In this document: positions 1 to 9,739 of the stretch, piece by piece
How positions within the stretch are numbered: position 1 is the stretch's first letter
How the letters are laid out: every line of letters begins with the position of its first letter
Source: a virus
Taxonomy: Duplodnaviria > Heunggongvirae > Uroviricota > Caudoviricetes
Reading direction: 5' to 3' (one strand)
Length of the DNA: 64,000 nucleotides
IMG/VR virus record: IMGVR_UViG_2851976983_000001
Span: 1-64,000 of that record
Translations under genes and position numbers: made by a program
Notes under the pieces: generated by a model
The model's database searches: none
The model's input: the letters and a program-made list of their open reading frames with translations, nothing else
What the model was told of the DNA's origin: nothing

Positions 1-437
1 TCGATAACTAGCGAGTCGGTGTCCATTTCTTCTGTCATGCTGCCAACGAGAACATTCAACTCACGCTCTTCAAAGCCGAAAACCTCGATATCGTCCAGAA
101 CAAGCGACTCAAGCTCTTTCTGTAGCTTAATTGCATCGTAATCAATGCTGGCAAGTCGGTTATCTTCAAGGCGCTTCGCACGAACCTCGTCATCACTGAG
201 ATCATCGCGAACAATAACCGGTACGCGCTCAAGTCCAGCAAAAATTGCAGCCTCACGGCGGCCGTGGCCAGTAATAATTACGTCGTTCTTATCGACCGTA
301 ATTGGCTGGTCAAATCCGCGCTTTTTAATGGCTGCGGCTAGATCTCGGATCTGCTGTTCATCATGCTTTTTGGCATTCATCTCATAGGGAATAAGATCTG
401 CCGGGTCGCGATATACGATTTCAAACTTTTTGGTCAT
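1..437 (-). CDS. ParB-like nuclease-domain protein, 3'-partial (runs off window start)
   Basis: Reverse-strand ATG at 437-435 (TAATG overlap with upstream gene) translates MTKKFEIVYRDPADL...; a ParB/Srx-type ITGHGRREAA motif follows in the same frame (looser read); no stop before position 1; absent from ORF track because open at window edge. Confidence 0.5.
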   Translation of the reverse strand, partial: MTKKFEIVYRDPADLIPYEMNAKKHDEQQIRDLAAAIKKRGFDQPITVDKNDVIITGHGRREAAIFAGLERVPVIVRDDLSDDEVRAKRLEDNRLASIDYDAIKLQKELESLVLDDIEVFGFEERELNVLVGSMTEEMDTDSLVI

Positions 438-1135
438 TACATACGCTCCTTGTAGTAGTCGACCAGCCACACCAGAGCCTCACCAGCGTTCTCCATTTCA
501 TTACCGGTGTTAATAGCCTGCTCTTTGATGATGTTTTTTATGGTTTCTGCAACACGATCTGACGCATCGAAAGTTACTTTGAAGCGCATGGTCTGATGTT
601 CCGCCCCCACACGTTCGGTTTTCTCTCGTTTGTCGGTATCGACAGGCTCATCACTACCACGAGACAACGCCTCCAGTGCTTCAAGGTCGATTGCCGCCTC
701 TTTTGCTAAAACCATCGAGATTTCGTCGTCATACGGGGCGATTTCAGACAGTTGATAGTCAAGTTCTGACTGAATTTCTTCAATGAAGCGTTGCAATGCG
801 ATTTGGTCGTCTTCACCGTATCGCTCGTTGTCCACCAGTGACATCTGTTTAGCTACGACATCGCTAATTTTGCCCACAGAAAGCACTGGAACCGTTGAAA
901 TTCCTTGCTCAATAGCGGCACGCCAGCGATGTTCGCCGCCGAGGATTTCAAAAAATCCATCTTCAAGTTCACGAGCCAAAATTGGCTTAAAAAAGCCCAA
1001 TTTTTCGATAGAACCTTTCAGTTTTTCAAAATTCTGCGCACCAACCGAATTGGTGTTCCAGGTATTCGGGCGAAGGTTGGCAACATCAACCTGCAAAATC
1101 GTGATTTTTACATCCATTTTATTGCTACAATCCAC
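437..1135 (-). CDS. ParB N-terminal-domain-like protein
   Basis: 232-aa ORF; FFEILGGEHRWRAAIEQG resembles the ParB/sulfiredoxin-fold box; tandem with the partial ParB-like gene. Confidence 0.5.
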   Translation of the reverse strand: MDCSNKMDVKITILQVDVANLRPNTWNTNSVGAQNFEKLKGSIEKLGFFKPILARELEDGFFEILGGEHRWRAAIEQGISTVPVLSVGKISDVVAKQMSLVDNERYGEDDQIALQRFIEEIQSELDYQLSEIAPYDDEISMVLAKEAAIDLEALEALSRGSDEPVDTDKREKTERVGAEHQTMRFKVTFDASDRVAETIKNIIKEQAINTGNEMENAGEALVWLVDYYKERM

Positions 1136-1199
1136 TAAGTAATCACTTACTTATTATAATAGCCAAATAACATACAAAAGGCACTAAGGAAAGAGGTTT

Positions 1200-2759
1200 A
1201 TGACTGTTCGGATTGTATCTAACGCAGTTAATGCGCTTATTTCTGGCGCAGATGACAAGGTAAAGCAACTGGTGCAACAGATGTTGAGCTACGAAGTCGA
1301 GACTGGCGACTGGAAGGGCACAAGCACAATGTTCAACTGGAGTAAAAACTCGTTCCCTGCAGGCTTTGCCAAGCCTGTAGCGGCGAACTTGAACAAGGCG
1401 GGCATCAAATGTGTTCATATCCGCAAAGACAAAGCCCCGGCGCTTGGTAAACCAAATCCGGCGGTTAACCCATTCCCATACAATCCTGATTATGCGTATC
1501 AGGATCAGACTGTGGAAACACTGGTTCGAGAGGGAATGATGATTGCGCAGATCGCTACTGGTGGCGGGAAATCTAACGTTGCCTGCAAAGCAGCTGCACG
1601 TATCGGTCGAATGACATTATTTTTAACAACCCGCTCTGTTCTGATGTTTCAAATGGCCGAAAACTTCCAGAGATCCATCGACTACCGCGCCGAAAATGGC
1701 GAACCGTGGTTAAAAGACCAAAAGGTTGGAGTCATTGGCTCGGGTGAGTTCCAGGTATCACGACATATCAACGTCGCTACAGTTCAAACTCTTGCAAGTT
1801 TCCTCGAAGAACCACCACGCGATGCAACACCAGATAAGAAAAGCTACCACCTCAAACGTCGGGAGTTGGTGAAACGCTTCCTTTCAAGTGTCTCTCTTCT
1901 TATTCTGGAAGAGGCGCATGAGTCTTCAGGCTCAAATTTCTATGACATCGCCAGATTATGTGTGAACGCAGACTATCGTCTGGCGCTTACAGCCACGCCG
2001 TTCATGAAGGATTCGACGGAAGCCAACATGCGCCTGATGGCGGTGGCCGGGCGAATTGAAATTAAAGTCACAGAAAAGTACCTGATTGATCGAGGCATTC
2101 TGGCAAAGCCGTACTTCCTTTATCATAAAGTTGCCTACAAGCCAGACGAGGCCAGAATCAAGGCCGAACTTGCCAACAAACACCTCAATTTTAGAGTTGG
2201 TATGAGCACCGCCTACCAAAAGGCTTATCAGTTGGGGATCGTGTATAATTTGGGACGTAACGAGGCCATTGTTCGCGAAGCATTGCTCTATAAGCAACAT
2301 TCTCTCAATTGTATGACTCTGGTTCGTCTTAAACGCCACGGGCAAATCCTGATGGAAATGATGAAAGAGTCCGGCCTTAGAGTTGACTTCATCTATGGGG
2401 AATCTAACCAGGCGACAAGGCAAGCAAAGCTGAACAGTTTAGCGTCTGGAGAAATAGATGTTTTAATAGGCTCGACTATTCTGGATGTCGGTGTTGATGT
2501 GCCAAGCGTTGGTGCGGTCATTCTTGCTGGTGGTGGGAAAGCAGAAGTTGAAATGAGGCAGCGTGTCGGTCGTGGCTTACGAGCCAAAAAAAATCAGGCA
2601 AACGTGTGTTTTATCACTGATTTCATTGACATTAGCAACAAATACCTGTTGTCTCACTCTTATGAGCGAAAACACATCATCGACACCACACCTGGCTTTG
2701 CAGAAGGTGTATTGCCTATTGATGGAGCATTCGATTTTGGAGTTCTGAAACGAGATTAG
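1200..2759 (+). CDS. SF2 DEAD/DEAH-type DNA helicase
   Basis: 519-aa ORF; Walker A ATGGGKS, DEAH-like LEEAH, motif III LTATP, C-terminal helicase domain with GRGLR; purine-rich RBS before ATG. Confidence 0.8.
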   Translation: MTVRIVSNAVNALISGADDKVKQLVQQMLSYEVETGDWKGTSTMFNWSKNSFPAGFAKPVAANLNKAGIKCVHIRKDKAPALGKPNPAVNPFPYNPDYAYQDQTVETLVREGMMIAQIATGGGKSNVACKAAARIGRMTLFLTTRSVLMFQMAENFQRSIDYRAENGEPWLKDQKVGVIGSGEFQVSRHINVATVQTLASFLEEPPRDATPDKKSYHLKRRELVKRFLSSVSLLILEEAHESSGSNFYDIARLCVNADYRLALTATPFMKDSTEANMRLMAVAGRIEIKVTEKYLIDRGILAKPYFLYHKVAYKPDEARIKAELANKHLNFRVGMSTAYQKAYQLGIVYNLGRNEAIVREALLYKQHSLNCMTLVRLKRHGQILMEMMKESGLRVDFIYGESNQATRQAKLNSLASGEIDVLIGSTILDVGVDVPSVGAVILAGGGKAEVEMRQRVGRGLRAKKNQANVCFITDFIDISNKYLLSHSYERKHIIDTTPGFAEGVLPIDGAFDFGVLKRD

Positions 2760-2761
2760 TT

Positions 2762-3040
2762 ATGAGCGAAAAGAAAACAACTTATTGTCAGGTAGCATTG
2801 TCTGATAAGGCCAATGACAAACTTGGAAAGTTTCAAGTGAAACTAAAAGAAAAAAATATCAAAATGTCTAAGGCTGAAGTCATAAATACCATTCTGGAAC
2901 AATTGACAATGGCCGACTTTGACAAGGTTATATCTTCTGTCGGGGCTTCCGCTAAGACTCGTGAGAAAATCATGCGTATCTATGAGAACTCTAATATGAC
3001 AAAGGAAGATCTCGAAACGCTATTAAGCAGATTAAAATAA
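2762..3040 (+). CDS. hypothetical protein (92 aa)
   Basis: ORF starts 3 nt after helicase stop, same strand; no recognisable motif. Confidence 0.45.
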   Translation: MSEKKTTYCQVALSDKANDKLGKFQVKLKEKNIKMSKAEVINTILEQLTMADFDKVISSVGASAKTREKIMRIYENSNMTKEDLETLLSRLK

Positions 3041-3108
3041 TCACGCTATCAATTAGGGAGACAAAGATGAAGTCTCCCATACTGTTCACTTTCTGTTCTA
3101 AAACTATC

Positions 3109-3531
3109 ATGAAATACTCGCTTCTCCCTCTACTAACGTTACCAGTGTTGATGCTTACCGCGTGCCAATCACGCCCAATATCAATCCATGACGCCAAACC
3201 AGCACCGCAGGCCAAAGTGTTCAAGTATCAAAGCGCAGCGCCAGCTACGTTGGTGGTAATGAGAGACACAGGTTTTGTAGGAGCTGGATGTGATGCTTCC
3301 ATTTTCATCAACGGCGAAACTGTCGCAAAACTGGCTACAGGCGAAAAAGCGACTTTCCATTTAAATGCCGGAGAATTAATTGTGGGTGCATCTCTTGAAG
3401 GTGCAGGTTTATGTGCTCTAAACCCCGCTCGTCAAGAGCGAGAAACGACTCTGAAGAATGGAGACACAAAAGCGTTCAGGGTGTTCACCAGCAATTCTGG
3501 TGACATCGACATTCTGCCAACAACTCTGTGA
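3109..3531 (+). CDS. putative lipoprotein
   Basis: Internal Met start MKYSLLPLLTLPVLMLTAC gives signal peptide plus lipobox LTAC; the longer track ORF from 3067 is probably an N-terminal over-extension. Confidence 0.55.
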   Translation: MKYSLLPLLTLPVLMLTACQSRPISIHDAKPAPQAKVFKYQSAAPATLVVMRDTGFVGAGCDASIFINGETVAKLATGEKATFHLNAGELIVGASLEGAGLCALNPARQERETTLKNGDTKAFRVFTSNSGDIDILPTTL

Positions 3532-3535
3532 TGAC

Positions 3536-4060
3536 ATGACAACCAAAGATATTACCTACGGTATCCAAGCTGAACTCTGGCCGCGAGATTACACTAACGT
3601 TGAAAAACTACTGATGTTCTGGCGCAGAGAACAAATTCCTGTAAGGGTCACTCTCGAAGATGGTCAGGCGTTTTGCATGTACGTTTATGGCCTCATGCCA
3701 TCTCGCAACAAAGTTGACCTTTGCCCAGCCCCTTTTGACAAAGAAAATCGTATAAGGCTCCCACTTGAACGCATTAGTACAATTGAATCAGGTGTGGTTG
3801 ACAGTATCGCTCACGATTTCAAAGGTCGATTAACAGTTCACCCTGATTATGTCGATAATCGGCCATCACGCCGCGATTTTTTTGCAATTTGCAACCAAGC
3901 CTACAAAGCAAACAAATCTATAAGGGTGTACATGGCGGATGGCCGTGAAATTGAGGGGGTGTCAGCAGGCGCAGATGCTTGTCAGGTTACACTACGTGTC
4001 GAGAACGGTAGAAAAATAGTTGTTTTGTTCGATTGGGTTGAACGAATTTTGCCTTTTTGA
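3536..4060 (+). CDS. hypothetical protein (174 aa)
   Basis: Track ORF 3458..4060 overlaps the lipoprotein gene; first in-frame ATG after the lipoprotein stop is 3536 (MTTKDITYG...). Confidence 0.45.
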   Translation: MTTKDITYGIQAELWPRDYTNVEKLLMFWRREQIPVRVTLEDGQAFCMYVYGLMPSRNKVDLCPAPFDKENRIRLPLERISTIESGVVDSIAHDFKGRLTVHPDYVDNRPSRRDFFAICNQAYKANKSIRVYMADGREIEGVSAGADACQVTLRVENGRKIVVLFDWVERILPF

Positions 4061-4063
4061 GTT

Positions 4064-4372
4064 ATGAAATCGATATTGTTACCACCATTATTTTTACTTT
4101 GCTCAGTTGCGGCAAATGCAATGGACTATAAGCCTGTCATTCAGTCGCTGATGAATGACGTGTGCTCAACGTCTCAGAATGTATCAGTTTGCATGTATCA
4201 ATTTTCGGCAGCCGTAAAAGCAGGAAAAGCGATAGGTGAGAATGTGGAACTGTGTAAGAAAGTGGCAAATGAAGAACGGGCAATGTTGGATTGCGAATCT
4301 AGCGAGTCATCGGCACAGTTCGTTGATGCGCTATTTGACACCAATCGTAAGGCTGTAGAGTCTGTTCAATAA
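4064..4372 (+). CDS. secreted hypothetical protein
   Basis: 102-aa ORF with N-terminal signal-like segment MKSILLPPLFLLCSVAANA. Confidence 0.5.
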   Translation: MKSILLPPLFLLCSVAANAMDYKPVIQSLMNDVCSTSQNVSVCMYQFSAAVKAGKAIGENVELCKKVANEERAMLDCESSESSAQFVDALFDTNRKAVESVQ

Positions 4373-4655
4373 ATCTATAAGGTTAATAACCGGCTAAGTC
4401 CGGTTATTATTTTTCACATCACTTCTTTATATCTACAAATCAAATAACCTAAATATATATAAGGTCGAAAGCCGGAATCGATTATTTATTTAGGGAACAC
4501 CTTCGACGATCTCGCTTTTATTTCTAGGACTTTCATCCCTGCAAAAAATTTTAAAAAAACACTTGCAATCTTTTTTCGCGTATCGATAATTGAACTCGTC
4601 GAAAGCGAAGACGCTAACGACAATAAATTTTAAATTTACATAAGGAAAAATTATC

Positions 4656-5306
4656 ATGGCTAACATTATCATTTCTAAAAAGTCCATCATTGAAGCTGCA
4701 TCTATTGTATCCGACGAGCTGCGCGAAAAAGCAGATCTGGCAACTCAAACATATAACGAACATTATAAAAATGGTACGCACACTAAAGCAGACAAAGCAA
4801 ATATGCAAGCTGCGACCACTAAACTTGCTTACTTCATCAACAACGTTGTAAACGCTGTAGAAGACGAAAAATTATGCTCTGTTTTTTACTATGCGATTAA
4901 AGCAAGCAAACAAGCGCCAGAAGTATTTTTCCGTGATGCAATGACTAATAGTTATTCTCTGGAAAAACTGGTTTATCTGGTTAAATCAATTAAATCTGGT
5001 AAATGCGTTTATTCCATCGCTGATATGTCAGGATCTCGTGTATTCGCTTTAATCGATATGATTAACGACGAGATCGACACGTTCACCAATGGCGCTGTTT
5101 TCGATTTAATGAATGAAGCTAAAAAAGCGTGTGAAATTAAATTGGACGCTGGCTATACTCAAGCCAACCAGTTGATCAATCTTTGCGAACGTCTTGGACT
5201 TGTTGAAAAAGTCAAAGGAGCTGGGAGCGCGAAAGCTGGTACTCAGCAATATCGCTTCATTAAAAATGATTTCTACAATTATTTAGCTGATGCTTTCAAA
5301 GCGTAA
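4656..5306 (+). CDS. hypothetical protein in AT-rich island
   Basis: 216-aa ORF; AT-rich codon usage unlike neighbours; followed by hairpin AGCGCCCATTATGGGCGCT. Confidence 0.5.
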   Translation: MANIIISKKSIIEAASIVSDELREKADLATQTYNEHYKNGTHTKADKANMQAATTKLAYFINNVVNAVEDEKLCSVFYYAIKASKQAPEVFFRDAMTNSYSLEKLVYLVKSIKSGKCVYSIADMSGSRVFALIDMINDEIDTFTNGAVFDLMNEAKKACEIKLDAGYTQANQLINLCERLGLVEKVKGAGSAKAGTQQYRFIKNDFYNYLADAFKA

Positions 5307-5355
5307 TTAATGGAATCAAGCGCCCATTATGGGCGCTTTAAAGGAGCTTTAAAAA

Positions 5356-5559
5356 ATGGTCAGCTATGACAAGATCCGCGCGGAATATCGCGCAAAGTAT
5401 CGCGCTTATAAACTGGAATTAATCGATGATTTGATCGCGCAACGCGACCAATTAAATTTTACGTTTTCTGATTTGCTTAACAGCAAGCGAGATTGCAAGC
5501 GCAAACGTGAATACTTACGTTTAAGCGCATTAATCGGAAAACTTCAAAATTCTATTTAA
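5356..5559 (+). CDS. hypothetical small protein (67 aa)
   Basis: ORF with AAGGAG RBS 7 nt upstream; same AT-rich island. Confidence 0.4.
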   Translation: MVSYDKIRAEYRAKYRAYKLELIDDLIAQRDQLNFTFSDLLNSKRDCKRKREYLRLSALIGKLQNSI

Positions 5560-5579
5560 TTTTTTTAAGGAGCTTAATC

Positions 5580-5810
5580 ATGTTTGTTCTTATCGCTGGC
5601 GTTAACGTCCATAACGAATATTATGTTAATCGCATCGCTGGGATCGCTGGTTACGCTGGGCGCGCAGTCGAGCTTATAGATGAAACGACGCGCAAAATTG
5701 ACTTATTGAGCGACCAGGAGCGAAAAAAAGCAGACGTGAACGACGCTGATATATTTTTAATGTTAAAAGCGTTTGTAGAAATGGGATTTGAAATCAGTTT
5801 ACATAAATAA
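5580..5810 (+). CDS. hypothetical small protein (76 aa)
   Basis: ORF with AAGGAG RBS; followed by rho-independent terminator. Confidence 0.4.
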   Translation: MFVLIAGVNVHNEYYVNRIAGIAGYAGRAVELIDETTRKIDLLSDQERKKADVNDADIFLMLKAFVEMGFEISLHK

Positions 5811-5815
5811 AATCG

Positions 5816-5841
5816 AGCGCCCACTATGGGCGCTTTTTTCG
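5816..5841 (+). terminator. rho-independent terminator
   Basis: Hairpin GAGCGCCCACTATGGGCGC followed by TTTTTT; near-identical stem at 5319-5337. Confidence 0.6.
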
Positions 5842-5863
5842 TTTCCAATACTTCCACCATAAC

Positions 5864-5887
5864 GCGCCAATGATGGCGCTTTTTTTA
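5864..5887 (+). terminator. rho-independent terminator (tandem second)
   Basis: Hairpin GCGCCAATGATGGCGC followed by TTTTTTT. Confidence 0.55.
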
Positions 5888-6264
5888 TTGTCTTTGACTC
5901 ACTCCAACAACATAAAAATAAGCGCCAAAATAACGCCACAGACGAGCTTTTATATCCTTACCAGTATATACCCATTACTTAGCGCATTAACGCGCTTAAA
6001 ACGCGTTATATTGCGTTATGGTGTATGGTTAATCATTGGCTTTTAGTCTTGCTTTATGATCCGCGTTTATTTGTCGGCGCGGATCGGCATTTTGTTTTGT
6101 TCCGTATCCGCTCGCGTATTATGTGCGCGTGATTTTTCACATAATCACACCACTTAATCACGTATGTGATTATGCTACGAAAGAAATCTGGATGTCTCAG
6201 GCGACGAAAGTCATCATAATTTTCCCCGCTCACCTGTCCGACAACCGCTGGTTGGATTCCACCA

Positions 6265-6420
6265 GCTTCCCGATGTTTTTTTCTACACAAAGGCGAATGC
6301 AGCCGTTTCCCGAAAAAATCCTGGCCGTTTCCCGTCGGCTCATGAATGCGTTCCTTGCCGTTTCTGAAAATTTCCCTGCGGCAGCTGGTGGCTATAGAGA
6401 AAGGGCCGTTTCTGGCCCTC
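6265..6420. repeat. iterated GCCGTTTCCC-type repeats (block copy 1)
   Basis: About 5 copies of gccgtttccc/gccgtttct at roughly 22-bp spacing; also contains TTCCCTGCGGCAGCTGGTGGCTATAGAGAAA, related to sequence at 8690-8715. Confidence 0.6.
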
Positions 6421-6427
6421 TTCTCAG

Positions 6428-6910
6428 TTACACGCCATCAAGGATGTGGATGCGGTTGCTTGCGTATACATTCAGCATAAAGTTAGCGCAAAACAGTTTC
6501 CATGTATCAACGCCAGCGGTATACGTAATGTTTTTGCATTTAATTGCATTGTTGGCGATCCGCATCCCCTGCGATACTGCTTCATCGTCGGAAAATTTGA
6601 ACGACGATTGAGTTTTAATCCAGACAGAAATCTGCGTAGCGAACTCAATCAACTTGGACTGGCAGAATCGCCCGGAGCGCACCGGAAAGACGAACGTTCC
6701 GAATCCAGAATTTACCACATACGCTTTCTCAAATACCCGCGAGTAACGACGATTGCCAATGATGTCGCGTGCAATAATGCATTTTTCTTGTGCTGACAGT
6801 TCTACCGTCTCATTGTCGCGCCATGCACCAAGTACTCGTTTTTCAATGTCAGAGAACGTTACAGCGATATTGCCATGTGCGGGTGCGTTTACAGTAGCGA
6901 TAAAATTCAT
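6428..6910 (-). CDS. hypothetical protein (160 aa)
   Basis: ORF with AAACAAATTGTTTTCTT motif immediately upstream. Confidence 0.5.
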   Translation of the reverse strand: MNFIATVNAPAHGNIAVTFSDIEKRVLGAWRDNETVELSAQEKCIIARDIIGNRRYSRVFEKAYVVNSGFGTFVFPVRSGRFCQSKLIEFATQISVWIKTQSSFKFSDDEAVSQGMRIANNAIKCKNITYTAGVDTWKLFCANFMLNVYASNRIHILDGV

Positions 6911-7114
6911 GATTAATTCCTTATCGTAAATAACAAATTGTTTTCTTGTTGGTGTTAATTATCGTTGTACGAATAAGGCGTCAAAGTGGAAAGTTGCGGT
7001 AGCCGGACGGGAACAGGTGGGTTTGTCGGTTGCCTGGAGGTAAGAGGTTGGTGTTTTTAGCCTGCGGGAAACAGGATGGTCATTTAAGGCCACCAATGCT
7101 GATGGCCTTAATAA

Positions 7115-7258
7115 TTATCGACCGATTACGCTAAGGATCTTTTCCTCAACTGATTTGTTGTTGCGACTAAACTGCCTTGCGTATCTGATGACAGAAGAGG
7201 CGTTTTGCTTTCTGACCATCTCGGCTCTTTCCTTCAGGCGTTTCTTGAAATCGCCCAT
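7115..7258 (-). CDS. possible small basic protein (47 aa)
   Basis: Hand translation MGDFKKRLKERAEMVRKQNASSVIRYARQFSRNNKSVEEKILSVIGR; below the track length cut-off; weak. Confidence 0.25.
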   Translation of the reverse strand: MGDFKKRLKERAEMVRKQNASSVIRYARQFSRNNKSVEEKILSVIGR

Positions 7259-7260
7259 AT

Positions 7261-7637
7261 TTACCACCAGGCGCAGAAGGTCAGTTTATTATTGTGAAAG
7301 TCGTGGTTCTTAATCAGATCTTCCACAAGCTCTTTCAACTCCCCCACATCATGCCAGTAACCTTCATCGTACTCCTGACTGCCGAAGAAAAAACCTTCCC
7401 GAGTAGGCAAGTACTCTTCGCAATTACTTTCGTTTATGTGCATCAAATGAGCTTTCAGAAGACAAATGTCATTCATCGTTAATTCTAAAAGCTCACAATT
7501 TTCGACTTCACCTACGTTGCGCTCCATCCACCCAACGAGCGCATTGAACTTACGGAAGTAAGCAACCTGCTTTCTGGATGCCTCGTTATTCAGATCGTTT
7601 TTAGGCTGTGTCTCGATATAGATATCAAGTCCCATGA
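7261..7637 (-). CDS. hypothetical protein
   Basis: Track ORF 7261..7677; internal start MGLDIYIETQ preferred on RBS spacing. Confidence 0.45.
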
Positions 7638-7752
7638 TGGTTTCCTTATTAAGTTGCTTCAGTGAAATCATTTTCACAAATCAGATAAGGCAGAAAACAA
7701 ATTGTTATCGGGTATAAGAAAATGGCGCGGTTTGCGCGCCATTTAAAGAGGA

Positions 7753-8148
7753 TTAAGCGAATACGCTTTCAGGGATTAAGGTGTCAGCAGGAATGCCGGA
7801 GGTAATGCGCAGACCATACTGGCCAATCCAGGTGGTGCTGGTGTTCAGGCTGGAGGCGAATACGGTGTTAACCATATTCATCATGGTTTCAAACACCTCT
7901 TCATCAACCTGGCGGAAGTAGTTCTCGATTTTCAGCAGCAGCGGGTCAGTTGCATCGAGAATGGACTGGTATTGAGTCGCGTACTCGCCGCCGGAGGCAT
8001 CACCTTTACGCACGATCGTACTGGCCTGGACTTCGGCACCAGTTTCGGTGTTGTACGTAACAACGGTGATTTTTGCCACATTCTTACCTTCGGCGGTTTC
8101 AGAGGCATAGTAAACATCAACTGTCAGTTTTTCGCGTTTAACGGTCAT
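7753..8148 (-). CDS. hypothetical protein (131 aa)
   Basis: ORF with palindrome GTAAGTATGTACTTAC upstream (8194-8211). Confidence 0.5.
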   Translation of the reverse strand: MTVKREKLTVDVYYASETAEGKNVAKITVVTYNTETGAEVQASTIVRKGDASGGEYATQYQSILDATDPLLLKIENYFRQVDEEVFETMMNMVNTVFASSLNTSTTWIGQYGLRITSGIPADTLIPESVFA

Positions 8149-8274
8149 TTCACTCTCCGTAGTGTCTTGGTTATTTTTCTATTCTATGATCGTAAGTATG
8201 TACTTACAATACAAAAAAGCCCCGTAAGGATGGCGGGGCTGTCGTACGGTCGACTAATTACCACTTGCACATTA

Positions 8275-8586
8275 TCAGGCTATTGCCATCACTGATGCTC
8301 TCTGAATTTCTTGCTGGGCCACGCGGTTAACTTCCATCAAGGCCAGTTCGAGCTGATGTTCCGGCCACATTCTTTGAAACGCCATCCAGCCTTTTCCACG
8401 CTGGCGACGAACATTCATTACATAACGAGTAAAGGTGTTTTTATCGAAAGACACCGCTGTTTCACGGAACAGACGAATAGAGGTTCCATTGGCAACGATG
8501 TCCAGCAAAGTTAATTGAGCAACCAGTGCAGGCTTCTCTTTTCTCTTCTGGTCTTTGTCCAGACCAAGAACCAATGATTTTTTCAT
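8275..8586 (-). CDS. hypothetical protein
   Basis: Track ORF 8275..8616; likely start MKKSLVLGL; AAACAACTTGTTTTCT motif upstream. Confidence 0.45.
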   Translation of the reverse strand: MKKSLVLGLDKDQKRKEKPALVAQLTLLDIVANGTSIRLFRETAVSFDKNTFTRYVMNVRRQRGKGWMAFQRMWPEHQLELALMEVNRVAQQEIQRASVMAIA

Positions 8587-8739
8587 CACAACTCCGTAAA
8601 CAACTTGTTTTCTCAATGGCGTAAATAATACCAGTAAGAAAACGGCTACAAAGCATAATGATCAGGTGCATGGGCGATATGCAGGTTCTTCCCTGCGGCT
8701 ATAGAGAAATTAAGCCAGCAATGCTGGCTTTGGTTGGGA

Positions 8740-9069
8740 TTACGCGAATACCTCAAGAAACTCCTGAACGTCCCAATGCTGGACGAGGTGAAGATAGACC
8801 TTAGAAATCACGTCATTTTCGCTATCGCATGTGAAGTAGTACTTCTGGCTGCGGTTGTATGTGTCCACACAAAATTCGCTCATATCCATAAAGTCAGCAT
8901 CTTCACCCAGGTCGCTGATCATCAAAGCAGGTGCATCATCACGAGTCATCAGCTCCAGCACCCATCTTGAATTAATCAGAGTGGAAGACCAACCTTCCAG
9001 CTCATAGAACTGGTCAAACTCTTTTTGAGTTAATTTCTTGATTTGGTTGATGTCGATATTTGCAAACAT
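8740..9069 (-). CDS. hypothetical protein
   Basis: Track ORF 8740..9090; likely start MFANIDINQ; AAACAACATGTTTTCTTGTTGGTGTTAT motif upstream. Confidence 0.45.
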   Translation of the reverse strand: MFANIDINQIKKLTQKEFDQFYELEGWSSTLINSRWVLELMTRDDAPALMISDLGEDADFMDMSEFCVDTYNRSQKYYFTCDSENDVISKVYLHLVQHWDVQEFLEVFA

Positions 9070-9429
9070 AAAGCAATCCTTAAACAACATGTTTTCTTGT
9101 TGGTGTTATTATCGCAATAACACACAGGCGAAAAAGGATTTTATTCCGGTGAATGTGGTTTTGGCAGTGAGTTTTCAGGTTCAGTATCGAGTACACTTTT
9201 TACATTATTCTGATTTAGTGGCCGAAGGTGGCTGGTGGGCAGAATAATCCTCTCCCCGAAAACCTACTGAAATCGATTGTGACCCGCTGACTGTCTGGCA
9301 CAATTACGCTGTAGTTGGGCATTCAGAGGGAATCCAGCGGTAAGTAAGTTCGCCTGCACGTGAGCGCCTCTCTTCTTCCCGCACATTACAGGTGGGTAGC
9401 CGCAACTCTCCCTCACGCTATACCGGTAC

Positions 9430-9575
9430 GCCGCCGTTCCTGAACCGGCATCGAGCCTTTTCCCGAAATCCACACAGGCAACTCGACCGTTTCCCTGAAA
9501 ACCTCCAGCCGTTCCCCGAAGGCAACCCAGCCGTTTCTGTAGCGGGATGCAGCCTTTTCCCTGTATGGACCGAAG
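9430..9575. repeat. iterated GCCGTTTCCC-type repeats (block copy 2)
   Basis: Six copies (gccgttcctgaa, gccttttcccgaaa, accgtttccctgaaaa, gccgttccccgaa, gccgtttctgtag, gccttttccctgta) at about 22-23 bp spacing. Confidence 0.65.
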
Positions 9576-9739
9576 GCTGACCGTAGGGGTGTTACGGGGG
9601 ATAAAATCAGGAGTTGAATAAATACGAAAAAGGAGGCGACACCCCTCCTTCCCTCCCCACTTATACATACCTGACTTCTTCGCTATACATGTTGTGTTTT
9701 CTTCGTGTTTTATCTGTCTCAACCTCTCTATAGTCGTTA

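Noticed and set aside
6384-9238. Chi sequences GCTGGTGG at 6384-6391 and 9231-9238
   Set aside because: Two octamer occurrences in 64 kb are within chance expectation; noted only because both lie in the repeat blocks. No claim made.
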